Positions 53,170-64,000 of a stretch of DNA of 64,000 nucleotides are shown here, piece by piece (the stretch's first letter is position 1; each line of letters starts with the position of its first letter). The stretch is from the NCBI GenBank assembly GCA_964187785.1, contig OZ076413.1, positions 47,804,001-47,868,000 of the forward strand, given 5' to 3'. The DNA is from Amphiscolops sp. MND2022 (Eukaryota). The notes under the pieces were generated by a model. That model worked only from the letters and a program-made list of their open reading frames with translations, did no database searches and had not been told where the DNA came from. Made by a program: the position numbers and the translations under genes.

Positions 53170-55010
53170 TTTCATTATTGTTGAAAAAGTGCGACTTTTG
53201 CCGAAAAGATTTTATTGTCTCCAGAGAGTTTCCCCTTTTTGTTTTGATAATTTTCAACAGTATGAATAGTAAAAAATCGCAAAGAAACACCTGTTTAAAA
53301 CTTTCGGCACCTTCAGACTGTCAAAAGTTCTCATTTTTTGTCTAATATCAGGCTTTGCCAGAATATATCAACTCTTTTTTTAATACTATCGAAACTTTTA
53401 TCGTAACATCCGAAGTGAAGCGCGCTATCCAAACTTTCGAAAATATATCCCAGCAATACTGCGTTTAGCAAGCAGGAGGCGGAAGCTCCAAGCGCCCCCA
53501 TTCGTTGCAACAAGCAATATTCAAACGTCTGGAGCGTTTTCTGAGCACAAAAGGCACTTTGGTGTTACGGAACGTTTCGTGAGTTTTTCATAACGTCCTG
53601 AGCATATTTCAAAAATTTTTTGAGCTTGATGAGCTTTAGTTATAGCGCCGACGTGAGACTTTGCGGTGTTGTTTTTTTTTAACTCGGCGCTTCATGGAGT
53701 GAAACGCGACTATTATAGTGACTCTCTTTTTTCATCAACACGAACTGACCAAAATTGTTCTTAAAAGTTCTACAAAATAAATTTGCACCAAATTGCACCA
53801 TTTGGCCTAGCGAACTGAACCAAAAAAGTTTTTCCTGTTTTTCCGCGTAACATACCATACCGGGCGAGACCAAAGGGTCCCCCGTTTTGATTTTTTTCGG
53901 CACTGCGAGTCTTGTTTCTCGGAAAAATTTTTTCGCAAAGGGTCCCCCTTCATTTTTTGCTGTTTTGCGTCTGAATGGATGTTGGAAAATCCCGAAGCGT
54001 CCCCCTTTCAGTTTTTTTCGGAACTGTGAGATTTTTTCTAAAAATTTAATTATTTTTCTCTCCAAAGGGTCCCATTCACAATTTTTTTGATATTTTAAAA
54101 CTGATTGGTTGTTTAAAAATCCCAAAGGGTTTTCCTTTCAGTTTTTCGACATTGTGAGACTTTTTTTTCGAAAATTTGTTTTTTCTCCAAAGGGTCCCCC
54201 CTTCAACTGCGACAAAGATGTTGACAATTTCGGAAGTGTTCCCCTTTTAGCGCTCCAGGTGTTCGCACTCCACTCGGTCCATTTTTTGCTTTTTCGATTT
54301 TCGAGTACTGTAAATTGACTCATGGAAGTCCTTTTGCTATTTGTGAGCCTTGGATATGGCGCCGACTTGGGCCAGTACCGGCTTGTTCTGTTGATAGTTG
54401 AATGATAGTGTCCAAACAAAGCAAGGTGAACAGAAAAACTAATGAACGACTAATCGTTATACCAATAAGTAAGGCTTCTCGAAAAAATTTTTGATTGTAG
54501 GCAAGAAAGCAACAATTTTTTGAAAATGTGCGACTTTTTTCGAATATTTTTTTTCAACAGGTTTCCCTTTTTTGTTTTGATATTTTTCAACAGAATGAAT
54601 AGTAAAAAATCTCAATGAAACACCTGTTTAAAACTTTCGGCACTTTCAGACTGTCAAAAGTTCTCATTTTTCGTCTGATATCAGGCTTTGCCAGAATATA
54701 TCAACTCTTTTTTTAATACTATCGAAACTTTTATCGTAACATCCGAAGTGAAGCGCGCTATCCAAACTTTCGAAAATATATCCCAGCAATGCTGCGTTTA
54801 GCAAGCAGGAGGCGGAAGCTCCAAGCGCCCCCATTCGTTGCAACAAGCAATATTCAAACGTCTGGAGCGTTTTCTGAGCACAAAAGGCACTTTGGTGTTC
54901 GGAACGTTTCGTGAGTTTTTCATAACGTCCTGAGCATATTTCAAAAACTTTTTGAGCTTGATGAGCCTTAGGTATAGCGCCGACGTGAGACATTCCTGTA
55001 TTGTTTATTT
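53170..55010 (+). mobile_element. Cluster of Helentron/HINE-like non-autonomous repeats
   Basis: ~490-bp duplicate (53170-53660 vs 54520-54990) around a second element 53679-54387; each has 5' TCGGC(G/A)C and 3' subterminal GCGCCGAC plus a short hairpin (gccagtaccggc) and T-rich ends. Confidence 0.5.
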
Positions 55011-55863
55011 CTGTTGATAGTTGAATGATAGTATCCAAACAAACCAAGATAAACAAAGAAAATTAATGGACGACTGAGCGTTATACCAATAAGTACTGCT
55101 CCTATAAACATCTTTTGATTGTAGGCAAGTAGGAAAGACTAACGTGTCTACAAAGGATACTTAGGATAGACATTTTGAAAACGATGTTGCTAGGAGCTCT
55201 TGAGCTCCGAAAACAATTCAATAAATTCGCAGAAAAAAAAACGGAGAAGTCCTTTAATCACACTACCATGCTCTTGACAAAAATCTGACAACTACAAAAC
55301 CAATTTGTGATTAAGTGGTAAATTGTATGAAAGTTTCATTCATTTAGATACACAGTTTCGAATCACTCGGTGGTTCTACAGGCTATCGTCACCCAAAGCT
55401 TTCGGTCTTGATTTGGCAAGCAACAAACGACTAAGATAACTGAATACTCAATTGTGCTCACACTTCCTCGAAACACAATGATACGACCACAACAACGAGT
55501 CCGCACAACACTTCTCCTGCTCGCTGGACAGTGACGTCATGCAGAAACCTCGGAGAGTTTGTAACTTCATCTTTTGGCAGACCTTAGCTGACAGCATTGT
55601 CACAATTGAGGTCTGAACAATTTGAACTGACCTAAGTGACGTCGATAATGGGCAGGTCCGCTCAAAGTACCTGTCCCCAGAATTTAAAAAAAGCGCGAAG
55701 AAACATCGAGAATCTAAGAAGTACGTAAGGACACTGCCTCTGCCTGCGAACGGAGATTTTGTAGAGAGACAAGGACTAATAGCGCTGAGATGGAACAATT
55801 TTTTTTCGCGTATCTTTAGCATGTTGCTACATTTAGTAAGGAACTCTTAATTATTAGTCTCAT

Positions 55864-55997
55864 CCCGGGTCGACCCTCCATGGATATCTTAGTAAGATCT
55901 TGCCAAGATCTGGCTAAGATCTTGGAAAAATCTTAGCTAAGATCGTGACAAGATATTGCCAAGAATTGCAAGATGCCATGGTAAGATCTTATCAAGA
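55864..55997. repeat. CAAGATCTTG-rich dispersed repeat ends (related tracts at ~59330-59689 and ~63510-63590)
   Basis: CCC-starting termini (cccgggtcga, tcgactggg, cccagtttga) next to tandem CAAGATCTTG/CTTGCAAG subrepeats. Confidence 0.45.
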
Positions 55998-58900
55998 GAG
56001 TCATGTTTCCAAGAAAAATCATACTAAGAAACCCAATATAGCAAGAAAAATCTAACTTATAAGAAGCCGAATATGGCAAGAGAAAAATCGCTACGAACTG
56101 CTCGATATCGAGAAAAAGTAGAATCAGAAAACCATTAAATTAAGAGTTATGGAAAAATAATCTAGACATCACTCAAAACAAAATTACTGAATGATTTTTA
56201 CAACCATTTCGTTATCGATATCAACAACGGCGTCAGAAAAGCCTTGAGCTGAATCGTTACAGCTGATTTTGATATTCCGCTCTCAAAGTAGCTCCCTAAA
56301 AATACCGTATAGAACATCATTTAAAAATTGATTTTGTTTTTCCAAACCCGAGAAGTTATAAATATCACATTTTTAAACAGTAAGCGAGCAAAAAAATTTT
56401 TTTCCATCAAAAAATTCCAGTAATACGAATTTGTTTGCCACACTGGCAATTTGTTTACGTCTCTTTGTAGCGTCTGTGCTTACAAAATTAGTCGCTTTGC
56501 CCACAAAAACCTACAGAATTTCGCGGGTAATTGGGTTTTAATTTCCTTGATGTTGCTCTGAAAACCCGCCAAATTGTGGAGAAATCCTAATAAATACCTT
56601 AAAAATTAGTGACGCAGCATGAAAATTTTCAGCATGGAAACTTCACTAAGCAGCTCCCAAAAACCTAATAAATTTCCCTTGCAACCTATAAAAGCATGTA
56701 AAACTTTCGAGCACTTTCAACTAGGGAATGTGATGCTGTAAATTATTGTATTGTGCTTTGTCTTGACTTGTCAAACTACTTTCATACCTGCTAAAAGGAA
56801 ATTGCTTATTTATCATCAACTCCTGATTTAGCGGTGTCCTCATGGCAGAAAAGGAAGATAGCCGTATTTAATAAAAGTTACAGAGTGGGATCACCTCCTT
56901 GCAGTACCATATCCTTGAAGGGACGTATTTTATCCTCGGGCGCCTATGGGCGTTTACGATGGGTGCCTGTCTCGGCCAAAACACCCATTCTACTGGTTCC
57001 TCGTTTCCAGTATTGCGATAAGCGACCGATTACTACTTGGCGTTACATGTTCATGAGAAGTCGCACTGCCCCAATATTATCCTAAAAGAGGACCCATCAG
57101 GCATGATAAAGGCATTTTCCTCTTTTGAAACCGAAAGGACAAGGACTTTTGGGTTCGTTTAGCGACTTAAGTTTTCAACAATAACTTTAATGACATGACT
57201 ATGAAGGAGCAATTTTCCATTTCTGATTTTGGTTTTACCCTTGGGAGTCCTGCGAAGAGTGTAAGGGCTTACTATTATACTCCGCTCAAGCTCATGTGGA
57301 ATTAACCAGACCGTAGCTCTTGTTGAAACTGCATGAACTTTTTGCATGCACTTTAATGTTGCCAGCAACTTTTATTGTGATTTTTTAAAACACTTACGGA
57401 AACTTTCATGCGAAGATAATTTTCTGTTGTATTTAACTTTTATAAAGCTGCTTGAAAGATTCATCAAAGTTCTGGCGGCAATTTTTAGCCTTGAAGCTTT
57501 GCAGGTTTCATCAAACAGCAGCTATAATTTTGAAATCAAATAAGTTTCTATCAATTTTACTGCTAATTCAATGCAAAATAACTTGAATCGCGTAATAAAC
57601 TGCAAATTAGCGTCATATTTAGCGTGCAATTTGATGAGCGGTGATCATATCAGATGATAGTTGAGAAAACAAGGTGTAAATACGAAGTGATTGTGTCGGT
57701 AATGATCACACATCGATGTGGAATTTATTTTCAAATTGAATTGCAGTAGTGGAAAATGCAGTGTAATTGTAGATGACTTACCAGCTGAAGTTCACTGAAT
57801 TTTCTAGGTTTTATAAACAATTACCCTGCATGCAGGCCTGTGGCATTTAAAAAGTTCCAGCAGTTTCAACTTGGGAGACACTGCTCTATTGTGCACAACT
57901 CTGGTGGGTTCCGGGACTACGTTATAGAAGATGAGATAACAGAATACGATCATCAAAGTCAACAAGGAAGATCAAAACACCTAAAAAACGTCTGTTCGGA
58001 CTCATATTTTCGTCCACTGATAAATCACGTACTCCTGATGAACCTGGTCGGTGTTATTTAAAAATGTATGCGGCCTTTCATTCAACGTTTTTTAAGTGGT
58101 TGAGTCCTTCAAAAGTACACTTACGGATTTCAGTTTATGAATAGTTTGAACTAGGTTTCAATTAAATCGAGCTGTATTCATTTTTTGACAATTTAGCGTA
58201 TCGCTACAAACAACTTCAAGTTTCTCGGGCAAAGTTTTTGGTTTCCCCCAAAGTTTTGGTTCAAATTTTGTTCACTTGGTGTATCGGAATAAACGTTGAA
58301 ATAATAAAAGAAGAAATTTCCTGACCTGCGAATAAATATAGAATAGGAGAGAATCCACAAATTTAGCTTTCTTTGATTCGATACATACTTCGTAAAGGAC
58401 AAAATACCGCCGAAATTCTTAGATATTGAACAATATGGCTTGAATTCAAAACTCCTGTGAGTATTGCTTCGATCAACTAGATTCAGGGAAAAAGGGTGCG
58501 AAGATTTTATTTCGATCATTATCTGAAGAACATGTGATGAACTTCAACTCAAATTGAAACAATGTTCGTCTCATTTGTGAACCCTGGTGCGAATATATGA
58601 GTCACACTTCTTTGGTTTGCGCTACTGAGTCGAGTGTGGGGACGTGGAACGAGGATTCCTCGTCCTGCATGTTAGTCAACTGAATCGCACCAGCTGCAAC
58701 AGAAATCATTATTGATCCCTAATGAACAGAAAAGACTGGGGGGTTTGGTGGTGTTAAATTTATGCACGTTAAACTTATACATGCCATATATGCAAATGAA
58801 CAGGACCAAGTTTCTTTCATGTCTTTTGCGAAATGTATTTTTCACAGATTTCAATATATAATTTCGGCAAAAATACTCTTCTCCTAAAAAATTCGAATAA

Positions 58901-60446
58901 AGCTGAGTTATCGTCTTTAGACATCCCTACTCCCATACATTTCTTGCAAGAGTCTTGCAGAAGTGGAACATATCAGACATTATCTGCAAGAATCTTCAAT
59001 CTTCCAAATATCGTATATTTCAGACAAATCTGTCAGATTCCGGCAGATCAGACATATCAAGACAATATCTGGAAATTGAAAGGAATTCTGCAAAAAAATA
59101 AATGTCTGGAATGTACAGAAAATGTCGAGATTGTTTTTTTTTCATTTTTACACCAAGAATATGTTCAAATTGATGGCTCAACTGCATTTAATATATTGGA
59201 AAATTTCATTTTGTCTAGTATATGTAGTCGCGCGGACTTAAATATGACCGAAGCTGTTGAAAGACTTATGCTGTGATCTTTAAATACGTGTACATAATTA
59301 TATTTATCTTTATCTACATTCGTTTTGCTGATGCAAGAAAATCTTTCAATTAAAATACTTCAAAATCATTTTCCAAGGTACTTCCAAGATTCAGGCATTT
59401 TCTTCCAAGTTACTTTTAAGATTCAGGAATTTTCTTACAAGTTACTTCTAAGATTCAGGCATCTTCTTCCACGGTACTTCAAACATCAGACATTTTCGTC
59501 CAAGATCTTCCAAGATTCGGACTTTTCTTGCAAGATCTTGCAAGATCAGACATTTTCTTCCAAGATCTTCCAACTTTTCTGCAAAAATAATGCATTGTTA
59601 TCCGAGATCTTGGAAGTGAAAACAGATTATTGCAGAAAATGTGGAAGTGAAAACAGATTATTGCAGAAAATGTATGGAAGTTCGACTGGGGAATTCAACT
59701 ATTTCAAAGATCGATTACGAATTGATCCAATTTCGGCATGTTAGGATTTTTGCCAGCTTCAAACTGGATTATTAACGACTGGATTAGTCACTCACCATTT
59801 ACTGTTGAAGGCTTTGTACATACTATAACCCCCACGACACTCCCTATCACAGTACACAGGCCGATGACAATTAAGGGAATCACAAGGAAGAGGCTTCGGC
59901 TGAAAAAGAAACATGCTTCACAAAAATTAAAACTGTGAATCAGGTAGGTTTTCAAAAATGTATACCAAGTGAACCCCGTGAAGCAGCTAAATTAGTTTTC
60001 ACTAAACGTTTGAGATTATTGCAGTAAAATCAGATAAAAAGGTATTCGATTAGGTTCAGAGAAAAAACTAATAGTATTTGTGAAAATTACATTAATTATT
60101 TGAAGTCATAGTGAATTTCGTCGTAGTGAATTAGTCGAAATTTACTGAATTGAAACACCATTTCTCGATATTTCGGCGTTTGTTCAAATAGATTGGAGGT
60201 GGGGTCTTCTCTCATTTCACGCTTAAATTAGAAGAAAAGTTAAAAACCGGGATTTGAAATGATAAGATGAGGACAAGGTATTTTTATCAGTGAATCATCA
60301 GTACTAAAGTGGACATTTTCATTGGCAGTTTCCACGTCTTGTTTTCATTCTGAGGTAAGCATGAACAAATAAATCTTAATCTCCTTTTCAGACTTAAGTC
60401 ACTTTTTGTAACTGTACATGAACTACACGGCCAGTTTTACTTAAAG

Positions 60447-61350
60447 TTAAGGGCCTAGCTCACTCACTTTATACACTCGCTTTCCAAGTGACACTTCCCC
60501 AAGCAGCACACTCTGATGTTTGAAGGGACATCTCCATTTGTGGAGTTGGCTCCCACCTCGTCGCATTCCCAGTCCACTTTGCAATCTCTCAGAGCAATTG
60601 GCAATGGCAAACAGAGACCGACAAAAATCAGACAACAGATAGATCCACTGAACATTGCTGAAAAAATTTATTGAGTTCATGCAGTAGTTTCTGATTTTTT
60701 TTAGTCGGTGAGTTTGAAGAAAATGGGCGCGACTGTTACTGTGGCAAGTTTTGCTCCGGTCGGATAACAAAGAATATGCGTTCCACATGGGTAGAATCCT
60801 TATGAAAAAACATTTTCTCATGAAATCAGTAGAGATTTTGGTCTTGCATAAAACTTTCTTGGTCCGAGTTTGATACTTCATCCCAGCTGGTGGTTTTGTG
60901 TTATTACCACTGAAGGCTGGTAGTGTTTTCATATTTCCATCAAATTAAAAAAGTAGCATCCGCATATTGGACTACTTTGCATGCTTTGTCAATTATGTTC
61001 TGCATACTGTTGACATGAAGATTGAATAGAAGAGGGCCATGTACGGTACCCTTGTGTAGAACACCTTGGAATAGGCAAATCCGATCTGATGACGTATTTT
61101 GAAGAACAACTATTTGATATCGGTTAGTCGGATAACTTTTGATTAGAGCAATTGCAGTACAATAAATGACAATCTTCAAGTTTTTCCATGAGAATTTCAT
61201 GGGAAAGTGAATCAAAATACTTTGATGGATCGAGGAAGGCAGCCGCCACCTTTTTATTGTTGTTAATGTCTGATCCGATATCCGTTTTTTTGTATGATCC
61301 AATTCTACATTCGGCTGCAGGATAATGAGACACCCACACACCAAAAGCTA
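60447..61350 (-). pseudogene. Non-LTR retrotransposon (CR1/L2-like) RT and 3' remnant
   Basis: AAFLDPSKYFDSLSHEILMEKL, QGVLHKGTVHGPLLFNLHVN, VQYADAT, and C-terminal CFFIRILPMWN. Confidence 0.85.
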
Positions 61351-64000
61351 AAGTCAATATTCCTAAATGTCCAGCATTTGAAAGTTTTGACTCAGTACCA
61401 TGCTCACCTGATTGCAGTCCCATCGAGCACCCGTGAGAAACATTGGTAAATTGCTATATAAAAAAGAATATAAAGTGCAATACTGTCTCAATTTATTATT
61501 CGAGGCATTATTGCTTAAGTATATGTAGACTCACTATTGTGAAGCTTCATTAGAAGCCGATAGGAAGATTTTGTTTTCCCGAATTTCAATTTATTTATAA
61601 CGCCAATGAAAGTGTCATTGAATTATTCAGAGCAAATATGAATAGTGCTTCGAAACCGGTTATCAAAGTTGTCACCTTTTTTGATAAATACACGTTGATA
61701 GCGTGATGCTTTATAAAATTTGTATGAACGAACATACTCGAATCAGGCTCCAAGTGAACTGTAGGGATAAAACGGGACCCTTTATTACGTCAACAAAAAT
61801 TTCATTTATGCGACAACAAATCCGCATACAGAGACATAAATCATCTCGGATGTCGCAACAAATCAGCCCCGGACCATTACGAGGCCAAAGTGGGAAATGT
61901 TCAATTTTTCAAGAATCAAGAAAAGTGGTAGTTTAACGCACGCGCTGATTGGAATAAAAAATTAATCATTCCAGAAACGGATCACAATCATTCTGAATCC
62001 ATTCAGATAGTACAATATTACATTTCAAATGCAAGCAGAAAAACGAAGTTGATCCCCTTGTGGTAATTGTTCAACAAAAAGACTTCAACCTCTGACCATA
62101 CAAACCTTTCCACGTTAAGTCAATTTTCCAACATTTAATTTTTTCAAACACTAGTTTTGGAGACTTTTTGGAACGTCAATTTCCGTGAAAATTCAGAACT
62201 TAAACAAGCAATGTACCAGAGACGTCTGAAAGCGTCGATATATCTCCTAATTGATCTGCTGCAAAAAATTTGGAGAATGAGAGGATCAACAAACTTGTTG
62301 CTAACGCGTTTTAGTAGAAATCGAAAAACAGTATACATTGATAATAACCAATGAAAAATGGAAAATGCTATTCAGATTACCGGCAAGGCGCATCTTTATG
62401 CTACTATAAAAGTGGTCCCAAACATGTTCCAATCAGTTTCACACTATATGGTTACGAATATTTTTCTTATATTCAGTTTTTTATTTTTCTCATTTTCCTT
62501 CTAAAAATATCAAAGATTTCGTAAAAACTTTATTGTGTGTGTTTTAAAGAAAAAAGTAGAATTCTTTAGTGGTTTCAATCCTTAAATTTCAATCGCCTGA
62601 ATCACATATCTGTCGGTGCTACCTACTTCCACTTCAATCACGCTTTATATCGTACATTTTAGATTCTAAGGGGGTCACAATTTTATCAGGCCAATAAACG
62701 AATTTCATTTGGTTATCCCGATTCTTTTCATTGGCTTTTGGGACAGCGCAGAAAGATTCCAATGCTTGATTACGCTTTCCCAGTTTTGTTCTGCAACAGA
62801 AAACGATCGTGCTGTTTTTGATAGTGTGATTTTGACAGTTTTTACAATTACTCTGCCCAATTTTGAATAGAACGCGTTAAGCCGGGGTAGTTTTCAGTTT
62901 ATGATTGTCTATGACGTACTAGTAACAGATTAGAGGCTAACCACAAAGTGCTGAATCGAGAAGAGACGTGTGGAAGTTGCTCACTGATAATTTTAGTTTC
63001 TTAATGAGCATGTCACGAAAAATTTGCGAAACCCTGAATCCAAAAAAAATTCAGGCAATTTCACACACAAAGGCTCAAACATTTCCTGCCACGACCAAAA
63101 AATCAATGCAGTTTTCGATCTATTTAAACAAAACAAAATCAATGAAATGGCTTCAATGAAATTTATAGCCAATACAAAGTACAAGATTTTAAAAATCTTC
63201 CTTTCGGAGCAGATGCCAGAACCAGAAGGTGCGATTGTTTTTAACAAAGATTCCAACATGTCTGAAGCATCCCTACCCGATTTAGATTCACGATTGGACG
63301 CAGCAAAGTGAAAGCTTGATTAATTCGGATTTAATTTACTTTAAATTGTAAATTCACATTTGTTTGCACTTAGTTTTTTTGTTGAAACTTTGTTCGTTTT
63401 ATTTATTTGTCCAATCATTAAACGATTCATTCTTCTTTTGTTCGCTCTTTTTTGGGCCTCATAAAAAGGTTCCTTTTTGGGCAACAGTTTTTCGGGCCTG
63501 AATGAAGTTTCCCAGTTTGACATAGAGAGCTCTTGCAAGATAATGCATTTTTCTGCAAGACATCTTGCAAGAATCTTGCAAGAAAAAAAATTTCCTCGAC
63601 AATTTTTTTTATTTTTTATATTCATTGTTTTTGACTTCAAGTTGACTACTGCATCGTGACTATTAGATTCTGTCACAGAACGGGGTTTACTTACTAGAGG
63701 ATTCAACCACCAAAAAGATGCAAACTCTAGAAAATATCTCTAAAAGTGTGATCTTAGTGAAGTTATTTGAAAAGTAGTAGTACATTTCAGTGACGCAACA
63801 TTTAAAATACAGTTTCAGAGTATTCTGAAAATTTTTTCCAACCAATTGTGTTATGTACCAGTTATTGATTTGAAATTAGACTGTGCATAATATTTCGATT
63901 GAAATTATCTTTCAATTTGTTAAATTACCCTCTGAAATAATAGTTATTAACGTTTTTGACATTATTCTCAAATCACGACTACGTTAACATAATTTCTCAG

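Noticed and set aside
57065..57110. Hammerhead ribozyme on the minus strand (CTGATGG-GTCCT...AGGAT-AATA)
   Set aside because: The core deviates from CUGAnGA and GAAA and I could not build stems I and III; at best a decayed relic.

Overview
Repeat-rich, intron-containing eukaryotic (probably invertebrate animal) DNA arranged as nested mobile elements. A decayed ~16-kb Ty3/Gypsy LTR retrotransposon (LTRs 1563-3138 and 50992-52476) is split inside its protease gene by a 34,945-bp insertion (4948-39892). The insertion has 22-bp imperfect terminal inverted repeats (CATTACGATACAC...GTGTATCGTAATG), a 2-bp CA target-site duplication and subterminal repeats; removing it restores the protease reading frame. 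It looks like a giant cut-and-paste DNA transposon. It encodes a spliced RAG1/Transib/CMC-fold DDE transposase fused to a BRCT domain, plus chromatin-related cargo: a Tudor-like protein, a degenerate tyrosine-recombinase-like + SET protein, an apparently intact 9-exon triple-zinc-finger + KDM2/KDM7-type JmjC protein, two RING fingers and a spectrin-repeat fragment. Its non-coding DNA carries at least 23 copies of a 19-bp motif (TTTGGTCCCTGTCGTGAGC) that I did not see elsewhere in the window, and many tight hairpins. Together these suggest a transposon-encoded, sequence-specific chromatin (anti-silencing) system; that function is inference. Nested inside are a 6.7-kb (TAG)n-flanked element with satellite arrays and several hAT- and Tc1/mariner-type MITEs. 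The Gypsy element also carries an antisense, apparently spliced zinc-finger gene. The last ~11 kb are old repeats (Helentron-like elements, LINE remnant). All domain calls are by-eye motif recognition; no searches were run.
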